Origin: Alphaproteobacteria bacterium
Lineage (GTDB): Bacteria; Pseudomonadota; Alphaproteobacteria; JAPOUT01; G958296285
Assembly (NCBI GenBank): GCA_965209065.1
Contig: OZ242373.1
Span: 467,533 to 531,532 of the forward strand
Reading direction: 5' to 3'
DNA: 64,000 bases
Under the pieces are notes generated by a model that searched no databases, had not been told where the DNA came from, and was given only the letters and a program-made list of their open reading frames with translations. The number at the start of each line of letters is the position of its first letter. The first letter of the stretch is position 1. Below, piece after piece: positions 17,142-27,712 of the stretch. Both the position numbers and the translations under genes were made by a program.

Positions 17142-17636
17142 TTATAATTCAATTTGGAATTGCGCTTCAATTTCTACAGCCACATTTCGAGGCAAAGAAC
17201 TAACCCCAACAGCAAAGCGCGCATGCTTTCCTTTCTCGCCAAAAATAGAGACGAGAAGTTTTGACGCGCCATTGATAACTTCGGGGTGGTTGGTGAAATC
17301 GTCTACCGCATTGACAAAGCCACCAAGCCGAACGCAACGCTGAACTTTATCGAGGTCGCCATCACACGCCAGCTTCAACTGCGCCAAAAGAGCCAGCGCG
17401 CATAACTCGGCGGCACCCACCGCGTCGGCTTCTGTTATATCTTTGCCAACCTTGCCGCGCACCAGCTTTCCATCTTTTAGCGGAACTTGCCCCGATATAG
17501 TAATCAGCGCCGAGCCATCACTTAAAGTTGTTTTCACAAAGCCAACATAATCGCCCGCGCTCGGCAAAGGGGCAGGGAGGTTAAACCCCAACTCTTTTAG
17601 CCTGCTCTCAATATGGTTCGTATCGGTATGGTTCAT
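17142..17636 (-). CDS. RidA/YjgF/UK114-family protein
   Basis: 164 aa. The family signature is recognised by eye (..ITISGQVPL.DG.LV.GKVG.D......A...A.LCALALLAQL... RLGGFVN..DDF..HP.V.NGAS.L....FGE.G.HAR.AVGV.SLP..V.VEIE). Confidence 0.8.
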   Translation of the reverse strand: MNHTDTNHIESRLKELGFNLPAPLPSAGDYVGFVKTTLSDGSALITISGQVPLKDGKLVRGKVGKDITEADAVGAAELCALALLAQLKLACDGDLDKVQRCVRLGGFVNAVDDFTNHPEVINGASKLLVSIFGEKGKHARFAVGVSSLPRNVAVEIEAQFQIEL

Positions 17637-17762
17637 AATGGATTAACGCTTAACTTATAATTCTTGACTCTCGCCCTATTTTAATAAAAAATGTGGCTTG
17701 GGTATAGAGAAAAACTCAAGAGGAAGCTATACAATTATATAACCGCACTACAAGAGGGCATT

Positions 17763-18275
17763 ATGGCAAGGATAAAGAAGAAAATCGCGAAAAAAGCGAG
17801 CAAAAAGGCTGTGAAAAAAAAGGTTGTGAAGAAAAAGATTGGGAAGAAAAAGGCTACAAAAAAAACAGCGAAAAAGAGAGTCGCTAAAAAGAAAGCGAGA
17901 GGTGCCGCTTCAACGGAAATTGAAAGCAAGATGAGCCTCGCCGAACGCCGCCGCGCATTGCGTAAGCGCAGACGCACAATGAGACTCCAGCAAGTAAGCT
18001 CGAGCATCACGAGCGTTCAAGTCGTGGCGGGAACCGGGAGCAGAGCCAATGTGCTAACGCGCACACGCATTATGCGGAAGCGTCAGGAAATTGGCGTCCT
18101 GCCGATAGATAAAAATGTGATGATAAAATCTTTGATAAGCGCAGGCTCGGTGGAAGGCTTGGCGCAGAGGTTCGGCACCACCAAGCAAGCGATTGGCGGC
18201 TGGTTCGGCAGACGGGGACTCGCAGTCCAAGATGTCACCGACGAGGGCGGCGACCGCAAAAAAGAAATCCTCTGA
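17763..18275 (+). CDS. Lys-rich histone-H1-like / AlgP-like N-terminal tail fused to a C-terminal Cro/YdaS-like helix-turn-helix
   Basis: The ATG at 17763 is preceded by AGAGGG, whereas the track's 17691 start has no SD. N-terminus: MARIKKKIAKKASKKAVKKKVVKKKIGKKKATKKTAKKRVAKKKARG. C-terminal HTH-like segment: GSVEGLAQRFGTTKQAIGGWFGRRG. The stop overlaps the next start (TGATG at 18273-18277). Confidence 0.75.
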   Translation: MARIKKKIAKKASKKAVKKKVVKKKIGKKKATKKTAKKRVAKKKARGAASTEIESKMSLAERRRALRKRRRTMRLQQVSSSITSVQVVAGTGSRANVLTRTRIMRKRQEIGVLPIDKNVMIKSLISAGSVEGLAQRFGTTKQAIGGWFGRRGLAVQDVTDEGGDRKKEIL

Positions 18276-19471
18276 TGATAAAGAGGGTTTTTCTAACCAC
18301 AAAATTCTTTCAGCAATACGGCTGGCTAGGGGAGGGAGTTGCGCAAGCCTTGTTTAATGTGTGGCATAGCGGCAACATATTTGATGTGCAGCCCGATATT
18401 GTCCTGCTTGCCGAAGGCGAGAGCGCGCAGTTTATCGAAACGCTCCGTGTGCCTAAAATTTTTGTTTCAAACAAATGGGAAGACAAAGCCGACGATTGCG
18501 TCCCGCCCGACCTCGACTGGCTGCTTGCCTCGATGCGCGCGCAGATTAACTTTTATCAAAAACACGCAGGGCTTGACTATTATATTAGTCGCGCACTGCA
18601 TAACGGCTTGCTAGATGAGGAAAGTATATCTTCAGCACCTGCCAATGTGCTCGCGTTTGCCGACGATGACGATAGGGCGCTTTTAGAAATTCAACTCCAC
18701 GACCACCATCACGTGTGCGACCCTTTGACAATGTCTATCCCCGAAGCCATTGTCGTTAAAGATGATTTACAAAAACTTAGCGATATTGCATCCCATGCCG
18801 AAGCGGATTCTATTCCAGTGTTTTTCTGGTCGGAGGATAGGGAGAAGATTCTAACCGCGCTTAACGCCGGCATCGATAGTTATATTACAGACTTGCCTCA
18901 AGCCGAGCCGCGCCTGACGCATAAAATTCACCAATATCGCAAATACTTTCTGCGCGAAAAGCAACTCGGTAGCACACTTGATATGGCAGCTAAAGATAGC
19001 CTCACTGGACTTTATAATCATCGCTGCTTGACCAAACATCTGCCCGCTTTGCTAAACGATTTGTCTAATAGAACATCGGGCAAGCTTGCGGCGATTTCTT
19101 TTGACCTCGACCGCTTCAAGCAAGTCAATGACAACTGGGGGCATAGCACCGGCGATGCTATTTTACAAAATGTCGCCGCTCTCCTACAGCAAGAAATGCG
19201 CGAAGGCGATAACCTCTATCGCTTAGGCGGTGATGAGTTTCTAGCCCTCGTCCAGCACATCAGCACGATGGAGGAAACTTACACCCTCGCTGAACGCCTG
19301 TGCGCGCTGATTGCCGAAACTTTCTTTGTGGTCGGAGAAGAGGTCGTGCCGCTAACAATTTCCGCAGGTGTCGCGCTTTACCAAAAAGGCGAACGCCCGC
19401 AAAGCCTGTTGCAACGCGCCGACGAAGCACTCTACCGCGCCAAAAATTTAGGACGCAACCGCGCCGCTTAA
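18275..19471 (+). CDS. Diguanylate cyclase (GGDEF) with degenerate receiver-like N-terminal domains (PleD-like layout)
   Basis: 398 aa. The active site GGDEF sits in [11 protein letters not shown], and an RxxD I-site lies five residues upstream ([14 protein letters not shown]), the same spacing as in PleD. N-terminal segments (DIVLLAEGE..; [36 protein letters not shown]) resemble receiver domains without a clear phospho-acceptor context. Confidence 0.85.
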   Translation: MIKRVFLTTKFFQQYGWLGEGVAQALFNVWHSGNIFDVQPDIVLLAEGESAQFIETLRVPKIFVSNKWEDKADDCVPPDLDWLLASMRAQINFYQKHAGLDYYISRALHNGLLDEESISSAPANVLAFADDDDRALLEIQLHDHHHVCDPLTMSIPEAIVVKDDLQKLSDIASHAEADSIPVFFWSEDREKILTALNAGIDSYITDLPQAEPRLTHKIHQYRKYFLREKQLGSTLDMAAKDSLTGLYNHRCLTKHLPALLNDLSNRTSGKLAAISFDLDRFKQVNDNWGHSTGDAILQNVAALLQQEMREGDNLYRLGGDEFLALVQHISTMEETYTLAERLCALIAETFFVVGEEVVPLTISAGVALYQKGERPQSLLQRADEALYRAKNLGRNRAA

Positions 19472-19476
19472 CCCCC

Positions 19477-20808
19477 ATGCGCCTCAGCCGATACTTCTTA
19501 CCCATAGAAAAAGAAGCACCCGCCGAAGCGGAAGTCGCCTCTCACCAGCTTATGCTCCGCGCCGGACTCATCAGGCAAACCAGCGCCGGCATTTATACCT
19601 TTCTCCCTCTCGGCTTGCGCGTTCTCAAAAAAATAGAAAATATCGTCCGCCAAGAACAAAATCGCGCCGGCGCAATAGAACTGCTGATGCCAACTATTCA
19701 ACCCGCAAGCCTTTGGCAAACGTCAGGCCGCTATGACGACTACGGCGAGGAAATGCTCCGCATCCAAGATAGAAGCGGACGGCAAATGCTCTATGGTCCC
19801 ACCAACGAGGAGATGATTACCGAGCTCTTCGCTAAAGAAAGCTCGTCGTGGCGCGATTGCGGTAAAATTCTTTACCATATTCAATGGAAGTTTCGCGATG
19901 AAATTCGCCCGCGTTTTGGCGTGCTGCGCGGACGCGAGTTCCTAATGAAAGACGGCTATAGCTTCGACATCAATCAAGAGGAGGCGCGCAAAAGTTATTA
20001 TAAAATGTTCGTCTGCTACCTCAAAACTTTCGAGCGGCTAGGCGTGCGCGCTATTCCTATGCGCGCCGATACGGGACCCATCGGTGGCGACTTGAGCCAC
20101 GAGTTTATTGTCCTCGCTGAAACCGGCGAATCCCAAGTCTATTGCCACAAGAGCCTCGTGGAAAAAAGCCTGCCCGAAAATATAGATTATGAAAGCGACC
20201 TCGCGCCTCTTGTTGAGGAATGGACGAGCCTCTATGCCGCCGAAGGCGAGAAACACGAAGCGGAGGTTTTCAATAAGCTGCCCGAAGCGCAACGGCTCGC
20301 CACGCGCGGGATAGAAGTCGGGCATATATTTTATTTCGGCGAAAAATATAGCAAACCTTTCAATGCCACTTACACCGATAAGCAAGGCAAAAATGCTTTT
20401 ATGCATTGTGGCTCTTATGGTATCGGCGTTTCGCGATTGGTCGGCGCGGTGGTCGAGGCGAACTATGACGACAAAGGAATTATTTTTCCACCGCAGGTTT
20501 CGCCTTTTGATATGGGACTGATAAACCTAACGCCAAAAGACTCTGCTTGCGCCGAGGCGAGCGAGACGATTTATCAAGCACTCAAGGCGGAAGGGTTTGA
20601 CGTGCTCTATGACGACAGAGATGAACGCAGCGGCGTTAAGTTCGCCACGATGGATTTAATCGGCTTGCCCTATCAAATTATGATAGGTTCAAGGGGAATC
20701 AAAGAAGGAAAAGTTGAAGTGAAGACTCGCGCTAGTGGAAAAATAGATGAAGTGTCAAAAGATGACTGCGTGCGTTTCATCGGCGCGCTTCGTCAGGAAA
20801 TTTTATGA
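19477..20808 (+). CDS. proS: Proline--tRNA ligase (short, alphaproteobacterial type)
   Basis: The conserved start is [34 protein letters not shown] at ATG 19477. The track's 19300 start overlaps the GGDEF gene and is rejected. Confidence 0.93.
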   Translation: MRLSRYFLPIEKEAPAEAEVASHQLMLRAGLIRQTSAGIYTFLPLGLRVLKKIENIVRQEQNRAGAIELLMPTIQPASLWQTSGRYDDYGEEMLRIQDRSGRQMLYGPTNEEMITELFAKESSSWRDCGKILYHIQWKFRDEIRPRFGVLRGREFLMKDGYSFDINQEEARKSYYKMFVCYLKTFERLGVRAIPMRADTGPIGGDLSHEFIVLAETGESQVYCHKSLVEKSLPENIDYESDLAPLVEEWTSLYAAEGEKHEAEVFNKLPEAQRLATRGIEVGHIFYFGEKYSKPFNATYTDKQGKNAFMHCGSYGIGVSRLVGAVVEANYDDKGIIFPPQVSPFDMGLINLTPKDSACAEASETIYQALKAEGFDVLYDDRDERSGVKFATMDLIGLPYQIMIGSRGIKEGKVEVKTRASGKIDEVSKDDCVRFIGALRQEIL

Positions 20809-22037
20809 AACTAAATAAATTTGAGTGGCTAGTTGCTTTTGGTTATCTGCGCGCGCGGCGTAAAGAAAGTATGATTTCTTTGGTGGCGACCATCGCTTTT
20901 TTAGGCATTATGCTAGGCGTTGCCGCCTTGATTATCGTGATGGCGGTGATGAACGGCTTTCGCATCGAGCTGTTAGATAAAATTCTCGGCGTGAATGGAC
21001 ACATTACGATATCGCAATCAATAGGCGACCCGGTTAAGGTCGCGAATAAAATTCGTAAATTGCCGAATGTAAAATATGTAACGCCGGTGTTAGAGCGTCA
21101 AGCGCTTTTGTCGGGACCCTATCAGGCGTCGGGTGTTTATATTCGCGGACTCACTGCCGCAAATTTAGCAAGCATTACTAAAATTAGCGAGCATATTGTT
21201 AAAGGCTCGTTGAAAAATTTTAATGAAGGTATTGTCATTGGAAAAAGGCTTGCGCGAAAAATTGGCGCGGATGTCGGTAAAGAGGTGACGCTTTTATCGC
21301 CGCAGGGCGTGGCGACACCTTTTGGTATGTTGCCGCGTTCGCGGCGCATTAAGGTTGTTGCGTTTTTTGAAGTCGGTATGTCAGAGCTAGACGGCGGGCT
21401 GGCTTTCTTGCCGCTTAAAGTATCGCAAGAATTTATGAACGCGCGCGGCGTGATTACCAACATAGAGGTCGGTTTGAAAGATGTCGATAGCACAAGAGCA
21501 ACCGTTTTAGAAATATACAAAATTGTTGGCGATAGGGCGCGGGTTCAAGACTGGCGACAAACAAACGCAACGCTCGCCAGCGCGCTGGAAGTTGAGCGCA
21601 ATGTGATGTTCTTAATCCTAACAATGATTATTATGATTGCCGTGCTAAACATTGTTTCGGGACTCGTGTTTCTGGTCAAAGATAAAGCCGGCGAAATTGC
21701 GATGCTTCGTGCGATGGGTGTTTCGCGCGGCGGTATCGTAAGAATATTTTTTATTACCGGCTCTAGCATTGGCTTCATCGGCACGCTTGCTGGGTTTCTG
21801 CTCGGCTGGCTTGTGTGCGAAAACGTAGAGCAGATAAGAGAAGTCTTCTCATACTTGGCGGGAACAGAAATTTTTTCGCCTGAAGTTTATTTCTTGTCGC
21901 GCTTGCCGGCTAAAATGGATCTCGGCGAAACGCTGTCGGCTATTATAATGGCGCTCACGTTAAGTTTTGGTGCGACCATTTATCCCGCCCTACGCGCCGC
22001 CAACATTTATCCCGCCGAAGCTCTACGTTATGAATAG
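20805..22037 (+). CDS. lolC: Lipoprotein-releasing ABC transporter permease (LolC/E family)
   Basis: 410 aa. N-terminus is typical of LolC/E: [51 protein letters not shown] overlap with proS. Confidence 0.9.
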   Translation: MKLNKFEWLVAFGYLRARRKESMISLVATIAFLGIMLGVAALIIVMAVMNGFRIELLDKILGVNGHITISQSIGDPVKVANKIRKLPNVKYVTPVLERQALLSGPYQASGVYIRGLTAANLASITKISEHIVKGSLKNFNEGIVIGKRLARKIGADVGKEVTLLSPQGVATPFGMLPRSRRIKVVAFFEVGMSELDGGLAFLPLKVSQEFMNARGVITNIEVGLKDVDSTRATVLEIYKIVGDRARVQDWRQTNATLASALEVERNVMFLILTMIIMIAVLNIVSGLVFLVKDKAGEIAMLRAMGVSRGGIVRIFFITGSSIGFIGTLAGFLLGWLVCENVEQIREVFSYLAGTEIFSPEVYFLSRLPAKMDLGETLSAIIMALTLSFGATIYPALRAANIYPAEALRYE

Positions 22038-22752
22038 CTTGGGGAATGAACCTATTTTGGAATGTCAAAACATCTCCTGCACCTACGGCAAGGGAGAATC
22101 ACGCCTAGAGGTTCTTTCTAATATCAACCTCAAAATAGAGCGCGGGACGTCCTATGCGCTTGTGGGTCCCTCGGGCTGTGGCAAGTCCTCGCTGCTTCAT
22201 ATTATGGGGCTGCTCGATAGCCCGACCAGCGGCAAAATGCTCATAGAGGGAAAGCCCGCCGCCAACCTCTCCGACACCGAAATTAGCAGGATAAGAATGG
22301 AAACGCTCGGGTTCGTTTTTCAATTTCACCACCTCCTGCCCGAGTTTGATGCTTTGGATAATGTAGCCTTGCCCGCGCTCATCGCGGGAGAGAGCAAAAC
22401 GACCGCTCGCCTCCGTGCCGCCGAGCTCCTCGCGCAAATGGGGCTAGGCAAGCACCTCTACGACCACCGCCCCGCCACGCTTTCCGGCGGCGAACGCCAA
22501 AGAGTCGCTATCGCGCGCGCCCTTATGAACAAACCCAAAGCTATCCTCGCCGATGAGCCAACAGGTAACCTTGACCCCGATACCGCAAAACAAGTCTTTA
22601 TATCTCTCATCAATCTGGTAAACTTACCCAAGGCTGATTCTTGTGCTATAATAATCGCAACACATAACATGGAGCTCGCCCAAATGCTGGATAGAAAATT
22701 AGATTTGTCGGCGGGCTTTTTAGAAGGAGATAAATCGTGGCAGGAAGTTTGA
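22030..22752 (+). CDS. lolD: Lipoprotein-releasing ABC transporter ATP-binding protein
   Basis: Walker [13 protein letters not shown] signature LSGGERQR, Walker B ILADEPT. The ATG at 22030 ([20 protein letters not shown]) overlaps the lolC end by 8 nt. Confidence 0.92.
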   Translation: MNSLGNEPILECQNISCTYGKGESRLEVLSNINLKIERGTSYALVGPSGCGKSSLLHIMGLLDSPTSGKMLIEGKPAANLSDTEISRIRMETLGFVFQFHHLLPEFDALDNVALPALIAGESKTTARLRAAELLAQMGLGKHLYDHRPATLSGGERQRVAIARALMNKPKAILADEPTGNLDPDTAKQVFISLINLVNLPKADSCAIIIATHNMELAQMLDRKLDLSAGFLEGDKSWQEV

Positions 22753-23225
22753 ATAAAGTTACTCTCATCGGAAATTTAGGCGCAGACCCCGAAGTGAGAA
22801 CAATGAATAATGGTCGGCAGATGTGCACTATGAATATCGCTACATCGGATAGATGGCGCGACAAAGCAAGCGGAGAACAACGCGAACGAACCGAATGGCA
22901 TCGCATCGTTATTTTTAGCGAAGGACTGGTGCGCATTGCTGAACAGCATCTGCATAAAGGCTCTAAAATTTACATCGAGGGACAGCTACAAACACGTAAA
23001 TGGCAAGACCAAACTACGCAACAAGATAGATATGTTACCGAAGTGGTGCTGCAGGGCTTTAATAGCTCTTTGATAATGCTAGATGGCAGACGTTCAGGCG
23101 GCGGGGGCGGCTCAGGTGGCGGCGGCGGCGGCTCAGGCGGCGGTGGCGGCGGTGCGAAAAATGACGGCTATGAGGGAGCGGAAGTTGAAACCAATCGCAA
23201 CTTTGATGACGATATCCCTTTTTAA
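22737..23225 (+). CDS. ssb: Single-stranded DNA-binding protein
   Basis: GTG start giving [21 protein letters not shown], a Gly-rich linker, and the canonical acidic tail DDDIPF. Confidence 0.93.
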   Translation: MAGSLNKVTLIGNLGADPEVRTMNNGRQMCTMNIATSDRWRDKASGEQRERTEWHRIVIFSEGLVRIAEQHLHKGSKIYIEGQLQTRKWQDQTTQQDRYVTEVVLQGFNSSLIMLDGRRSGGGGGSGGGGGGSGGGGGGAKNDGYEGAEVETNRNFDDDIPF

Positions 23226-23248
23226 CCCATTTTAATTAAGAGCTAAAT

Positions 23249-26035
23249 ATGGCACGACGTAATGGTAACGATAAAGAAAACTTGCCTCCCAATGGTTCGC
23301 CTAAAGGCGAGCCACCCAGTGGCGAGCCACCAAATGATGATGGTTTTCTTTTACCTCCTTTAGGTTCAGGGGAATCTCCTATTTCTATAGAAGAGGAGAT
23401 GAAGCGCTCCTATTTAGATTACGCGATGAGCGTTATCGTGTCGCGCGCGCTACCCGATGTGCGCGATGGCTTGAAACCGGTTCAACGCCGTATCCTCTAT
23501 GCAATGAGCGAGAGCGGCTATCTGTGGAATAGACCGCACCGAAAATCCGCGCGTGTCGTTGGTGATGTGATGGGTAAATATCATCCGCACGGCGACCAAT
23601 CCATTTACGATGCGCTCGTGCGTATGACGCAAAGTTTTTCCTTGCGCGTCGAGCTGCTTGACGGACACGGCAACTTCGGCTCGCTCGATGGCGATATGCC
23701 CGCCGCGATGCGCTATACCGAAGTGCGCCTAGCACCCATCGCGCAAAACCTGTTAGACGATATAGACAAAAACACCGTCAATTTCCGCGCCAACTACGAC
23801 GAAAGCGAAAGCGAACCCGAAGTCTTGCCTTCGGTCTTGCCGAATCTTTTTATCAATGGCGCAGGCGGCATCGCTGTCGGTATGGCAACCAATATACCGC
23901 CGCACAACCCGCTGGAAATTGTCGATGCATGCTTGGCTTTTATCGATAACGACCAAATAACCGATGGCGAGCTGACTAAAATTGTTAAGGGTCCAGACTT
24001 TCCCACCGGTGGAATTATTCTCGGCACGCAAGGCATTCAAGACGCTTACAAAACCGGGCGCGGCTCTATTAAGCTACGCGCGAAAGTGGCAATAGAAAAA
24101 CTCGCGCGCGATAGAGAAGCGCTCATCGTTAGCGAGGTGCCTTATCAAGTCAATAAATCGCAGATGATACAGCGCATCGCCGATTTGGTGCGCACCAATA
24201 AAATTGAAGGCATCTCCGGCCTGCGTGACGAATCCGATAGGCAAGGCGTGCGGGTCGTTATTGAAATTCGCAAAGATAGTCAAGCCGACATCGTGCTCAA
24301 TCAGCTGTGGAGCAATACCTCTTTACAAATTAGCTTTAGCTCAAACATGCTCGCGCTGGTTGGCGGACGACCGCAGATGCTTACCCTCAAACGCTATATC
24401 AGTGAGTTCGTGCGCTTTCGCGAGGAAGTCGTTGTTAAGCGAACACGCTATGAGCTTTCACGCGCACGCGACCGAGCGCACATTTTGGCAGGGCTTTCTA
24501 TCGCTGTCGCCAATATAGACAAAATTATCGCGCTGATTAAAAAAGCCAAAGACTCCCCCACCGCACGCGCGCAACTGATGAAAGAAAAGTGGAAGGCTAA
24601 AGATGTTAAAGATATTCTCACTATTATTAACGACCAGCGCTATAAAATCGCGCGTGATGGCAGCTATAAACTTTCGCCGGTTCAAGCCCGCGCCATTTTA
24701 GATTTACGCCTCCACCGCCTCACTGCTTTGGGACGCGAGGATATCGCTAAGGAAATGAAAGAGCTTGCCGAAAAAATTAAAACTTTTTTGGGCATTCTCG
24801 GCGAGCAGAAAAAACTCTATGCGGTTTTGCGCGGCGAGCTAGAAGAAATTCGCTCAAAGGTAAAAAGCCCGCGCAGAACTGAGATACTTAAACAAGAAGC
24901 AGAAAATATCGATGAAGACGACCTCGTTCAAAGCGAAGAAGCCGTGGTTACCGTTAGCCATAAAGGCTTTATCAAACGCGCTCCGCTCGCCGACTGGCGC
25001 GCGCAAAAACGCGGCGGCAAGGGTAAAGCTGCGATGCTCGTTAAAGATACTGATTTCGCCGCGCGGATTTTCATTACCAATACCAAAGATAGAATTTTGT
25101 TCTTTTCTTCTTTAGGCAAGGTCTATCAAATGAAAGCGTGGCGCTTACCGCAAGGGGCGGTGCGCACAAGAGGCAAGGCGATGACCAGCTTGCTACAGAT
25201 GAGCAAAAGCGAATTCATCACTTCGGTTATGCCGGTGAGCGCCGAGCAAGAGCAAAGAGAAGATTTGTTTGTGATGTTCGCCACGCGTAAGGGCTATGTG
25301 CGCCGTAATAAGTTAAGTGATTTTATTAACATCAACCGCAACGGCAAAATTGCGATGAAGCTAGAGCAGGACGATGATATTGTTTCGGTTGCCTTGTGCT
25401 CTGTTGCCGATGACGTGCTTTTGACTACCCAAGCAGGTATGTGTGTGCGGTTTTCTCTAGAGGAGGTGCGGGTTTTTTCTAGTCGCACTTCGGCAGGTGT
25501 GCGCGGCATTAGTTTAGAGCCGCGCGATAGTGTGATTTCTATGTCTATTATGCACCACGTCGATGCCAGCCCCGAAGAGCGCAATGCTTACATTCGCCGC
25601 AGCCGAACCGATGACGATGGCGGCGATGAAGCAAGCGAAGTCAAAAGAGTTAAGCTTAGCGATAAACGTTTTGAGGAACTTCAAGCAAAAGAGGAATTTG
25701 TTCTCACGATTAGTATCAAAGGATATGGCAAGCGTTCTTCTTCTTATGCTTTCCGCACCACGAAGCGTGGCGGCAAGGGCATTGTTGCGATGAAAACCGG
25801 CAGCCGTAATGGCGTTCTGGTCGGTGCGTTCCCGGTCGATAACGAAGACGAAATTATGGTGATAACCGATGATGGACAAGCTATTCGTTGCGCGGTCGAT
25901 GGCGTGCGCCTCGCCGGCAGAACAACGCAAGGCGTTAAAGTGCTAAACACCAAAGGCAATGTCGTCTCCACAACCCGCATCGAGGAAGACGACTCCCACA
26001 GCAGCCAAAACATAGGAAGCATAGGAAGCGAATGA
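23249..26035 (+). CDS. gyrA: DNA gyrase subunit A, with a ~40-aa Pro/Gly-rich N-terminal extension
   Basis: 928 aa with [33 protein letters not shown] and HPHGD. No alternative in-frame start lies downstream of 23249 and before the conserved core. Confidence 0.95.
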   Translation: MARRNGNDKENLPPNGSPKGEPPSGEPPNDDGFLLPPLGSGESPISIEEEMKRSYLDYAMSVIVSRALPDVRDGLKPVQRRILYAMSESGYLWNRPHRKSARVVGDVMGKYHPHGDQSIYDALVRMTQSFSLRVELLDGHGNFGSLDGDMPAAMRYTEVRLAPIAQNLLDDIDKNTVNFRANYDESESEPEVLPSVLPNLFINGAGGIAVGMATNIPPHNPLEIVDACLAFIDNDQITDGELTKIVKGPDFPTGGIILGTQGIQDAYKTGRGSIKLRAKVAIEKLARDREALIVSEVPYQVNKSQMIQRIADLVRTNKIEGISGLRDESDRQGVRVVIEIRKDSQADIVLNQLWSNTSLQISFSSNMLALVGGRPQMLTLKRYISEFVRFREEVVVKRTRYELSRARDRAHILAGLSIAVANIDKIIALIKKAKDSPTARAQLMKEKWKAKDVKDILTIINDQRYKIARDGSYKLSPVQARAILDLRLHRLTALGREDIAKEMKELAEKIKTFLGILGEQKKLYAVLRGELEEIRSKVKSPRRTEILKQEAENIDEDDLVQSEEAVVTVSHKGFIKRAPLADWRAQKRGGKGKAAMLVKDTDFAARIFITNTKDRILFFSSLGKVYQMKAWRLPQGAVRTRGKAMTSLLQMSKSEFITSVMPVSAEQEQREDLFVMFATRKGYVRRNKLSDFININRNGKIAMKLEQDDDIVSVALCSVADDVLLTTQAGMCVRFSLEEVRVFSSRTSAGVRGISLEPRDSVISMSIMHHVDASPEERNAYIRRSRTDDDGGDEASEVKRVKLSDKRFEELQAKEEFVLTISIKGYGKRSSSYAFRTTKRGGKGIVAMKTGSRNGVLVGAFPVDNEDEIMVITDDGQAIRCAVDGVRLAGRTTQGVKVLNTKGNVVSTTRIEEDDSHSSQNIGSIGSE
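23303..23332. repeat. Imperfect 15-bp in-frame tandem duplication in the gyrA N-terminal extension ([10 protein letters not shown])
   Basis: AAAGGCGAGCCACCC and AGTGGCGAGCCACCA, 12/15 identical. Confidence 0.7.
26012..26029. repeat. 9-bp in-frame tandem duplication at the gyrA C-terminus (IGS IGS)
   Basis: ATAGGAAGC at 26012-20 and again at 26021-29, identical. It lies 2 codons before the stop. Confidence 0.8.
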
Positions 26036-26511
26036 AACGCGTAGGCTTATACACCGGAAGTTTCGACCCGATTACGCTAGGGCATTTGGATATTATGCGC
26101 CGCGCGCTCTTGCTGGTCGATAAGCTGATTGTCGCCGTTGGACGCAACGCCTCAAAGGCGACAATGCTCTCTCCCGACGCGCGCCAAAAAATGCTAGAGA
26201 CCCTCGCCAAGGACGAACTCAAAACAGACAAAATACAAGCGGATTCCTTTAGCGGCTTAACGGTTGACTATGCCAAGCAGAATGGCGTAAATATCATCGT
26301 GCGCGGCTTGCGCGATACATCAGATATGGACTTCGAAGCAGGCATGGCAGGTATGAACCACGCGATGAACCAAGATATTGAAACGGTTTTTCTGCTCGCG
26401 CGCCCGCAACATAGCTTTATCTCTTCCACCTTAGTGCGACAAGTTTATCAAATGGGAGGGGACATTTCTCCCTTCGTGCCAGCAAGCGTTCAGGAGGCGC
26501 TAAAAAAATGA
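26032..26511 (+). CDS. coaD: Pantetheine-phosphate adenylyltransferase
   Basis: [29 protein letters not shown] overlap with gyrA. Confidence 0.93.
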   Translation: MKRVGLYTGSFDPITLGHLDIMRRALLLVDKLIVAVGRNASKATMLSPDARQKMLETLAKDELKTDKIQADSFSGLTVDYAKQNGVNIIVRGLRDTSDMDFEAGMAGMNHAMNQDIETVFLLARPQHSFISSTLVRQVYQMGGDISPFVPASVQEALKK

Positions 26512-27179
26512 AAATCGTTCTTATTACTTTTTTACTTCTATTCGCATGTAGCGAAGAAACACCTTCCGCGCAAATACAAGAGCTTATCGATAAAGCCGAA
26601 ACGAGCGACAAGCTCGCGCAATACGCGCTCGGCACTTTATACCTCAAGGGCGAGGGAGGGGTCGCGCAAGATTATCAAAAAGCAGCCCGATGGCTCAAGC
26701 TCGCCGCCGGGCAAAAGCAGGCGGACGCTCAATATATGATGGGGCTTCTCTATCAACAAGGTAAAGGTGTGCGCCAAGATAACAAAAAGGCAATGGAGTG
26801 GTATCTCAAGGCGGCGCAGCAAAATCATAAGGACGCGCAGTTTGAACTCGCCTCTATGTATGAGGCGGGGTATGAGGCGGGAGAACTCGGACAGCCCAAT
26901 TATAACGAGGCGAAGCAATGGTATAACCGCTCTCTTTCTTTAGGCAATGGGCGCGCCGCTTATCAGTTAGGCGCAATGCACCTAAACGGCAGGGGCGTGC
27001 AGCAAAACAATATCGTCGCTCATATTTGGTTTGATTTAAGCACGCGGCTCGGCTTCGACAAAGCCGCCGAAGCAAGAGATGCGATTACAACCAAAATGAC
27101 CCTCAACGAGCTAGAGGAATCTAAAAGACAATCCGATAAACTTTACAACCAACTTAAAGCAAATGGAGTTGTGGAATGA
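26508..27179 (+). CDS. Sel1-like repeat (SLR) lipoprotein
   Basis: Lipobox MKIVLITFLLLFAC. At least 4 SLR units are visible (AQYALGTLYLKGEGGVAQDYQKAARWLKLAA, AQYMMGLLYQQGKGVRQDNKKAMEWYLKAA, ...). 4-nt overlaps with both coaD and the following ppi gene. Confidence 0.88.
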   Translation: MKIVLITFLLLFACSEETPSAQIQELIDKAETSDKLAQYALGTLYLKGEGGVAQDYQKAARWLKLAAGQKQADAQYMMGLLYQQGKGVRQDNKKAMEWYLKAAQQNHKDAQFELASMYEAGYEAGELGQPNYNEAKQWYNRSLSLGNGRAAYQLGAMHLNGRGVQQNNIVAHIWFDLSTRLGFDKAAEARDAITTKMTLNELEESKRQSDKLYNQLKANGVVE

Positions 27180-27709
27180 GTCTATCGCACATAACAAAAT
27201 TTTTAATTCTCATTTTGCTCTTGTCCTTGCCTTTGGGCGCGGACGCTAAAAAAAAGGAAAAGAATATGCTCTACTTAAAATTGAAATATGGCACGGTCGT
27301 TATACAAATGTTTCCTAAAATTGCGCCCAAACATGTGGAGCGTGTCAAGCAGCTCGTCAAGGAAGAGTTTTATGACGGCATCATCTTTCATCGCGTGATT
27401 GATAACTTTATGGCGCAAACCGGGGATCCCACCGGCACCGGCACCGGCGGCTCTTCTTATGGCGGCGTGCCTGCCGAATTCACGTGGAACGAAAGCTTCA
27501 CGCGTGGCACGGTCGGTGCGGCGCGTTCGCAAAATCCCAATAGTGCCGATAGCCAGTTCTTCATCTGCTTGGGTGACGCCACTTTTCTAGACGGAGATTA
27601 CACCATCTGGGGCAGAGTGGTTAAGGGAATGGAATACGTCGATAAAATCCAAAAGGGCGAGCCGCCGAGCAGCCCCGATAAAATTATCTCTATGCGTTTA
27701 GCTGAGTAG
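27176..27709 (+). CDS. Cyclophilin-type peptidyl-prolyl cis-trans isomerase, exported
   Basis: Signal peptide ..LLLSLPLGADA, then the cyclophilin core FHRVIDNFMAQTGDPTGTGTGG ... SQFFI. Confidence 0.9.
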   Translation: MSLSHITKFLILILLLSLPLGADAKKKEKNMLYLKLKYGTVVIQMFPKIAPKHVERVKQLVKEEFYDGIIFHRVIDNFMAQTGDPTGTGTGGSSYGGVPAEFTWNESFTRGTVGAARSQNPNSADSQFFICLGDATFLDGDYTIWGRVVKGMEYVDKIQKGEPPSSPDKIISMRLAE

Positions 27710-27712
27710 TCC

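Noticed and set aside
17641-17660. TTAAC-GC-TTAAC in the ridA/Lys-rich-gene divergent region, and the TTAA-N12-TTAA periodicity of the frr array, considered as CtrA boxes
   Set aside because: The CtrA consensus is TTAA-N7-TTAA(C), and the spacings here (3 and 12) do not fit.
23095-23160. GGC/GGT-rich ~21-bp repeats in ssb
   Set aside because: These form the normal Gly-rich flexible linker of bacterial SSB proteins and are not a distinct feature.
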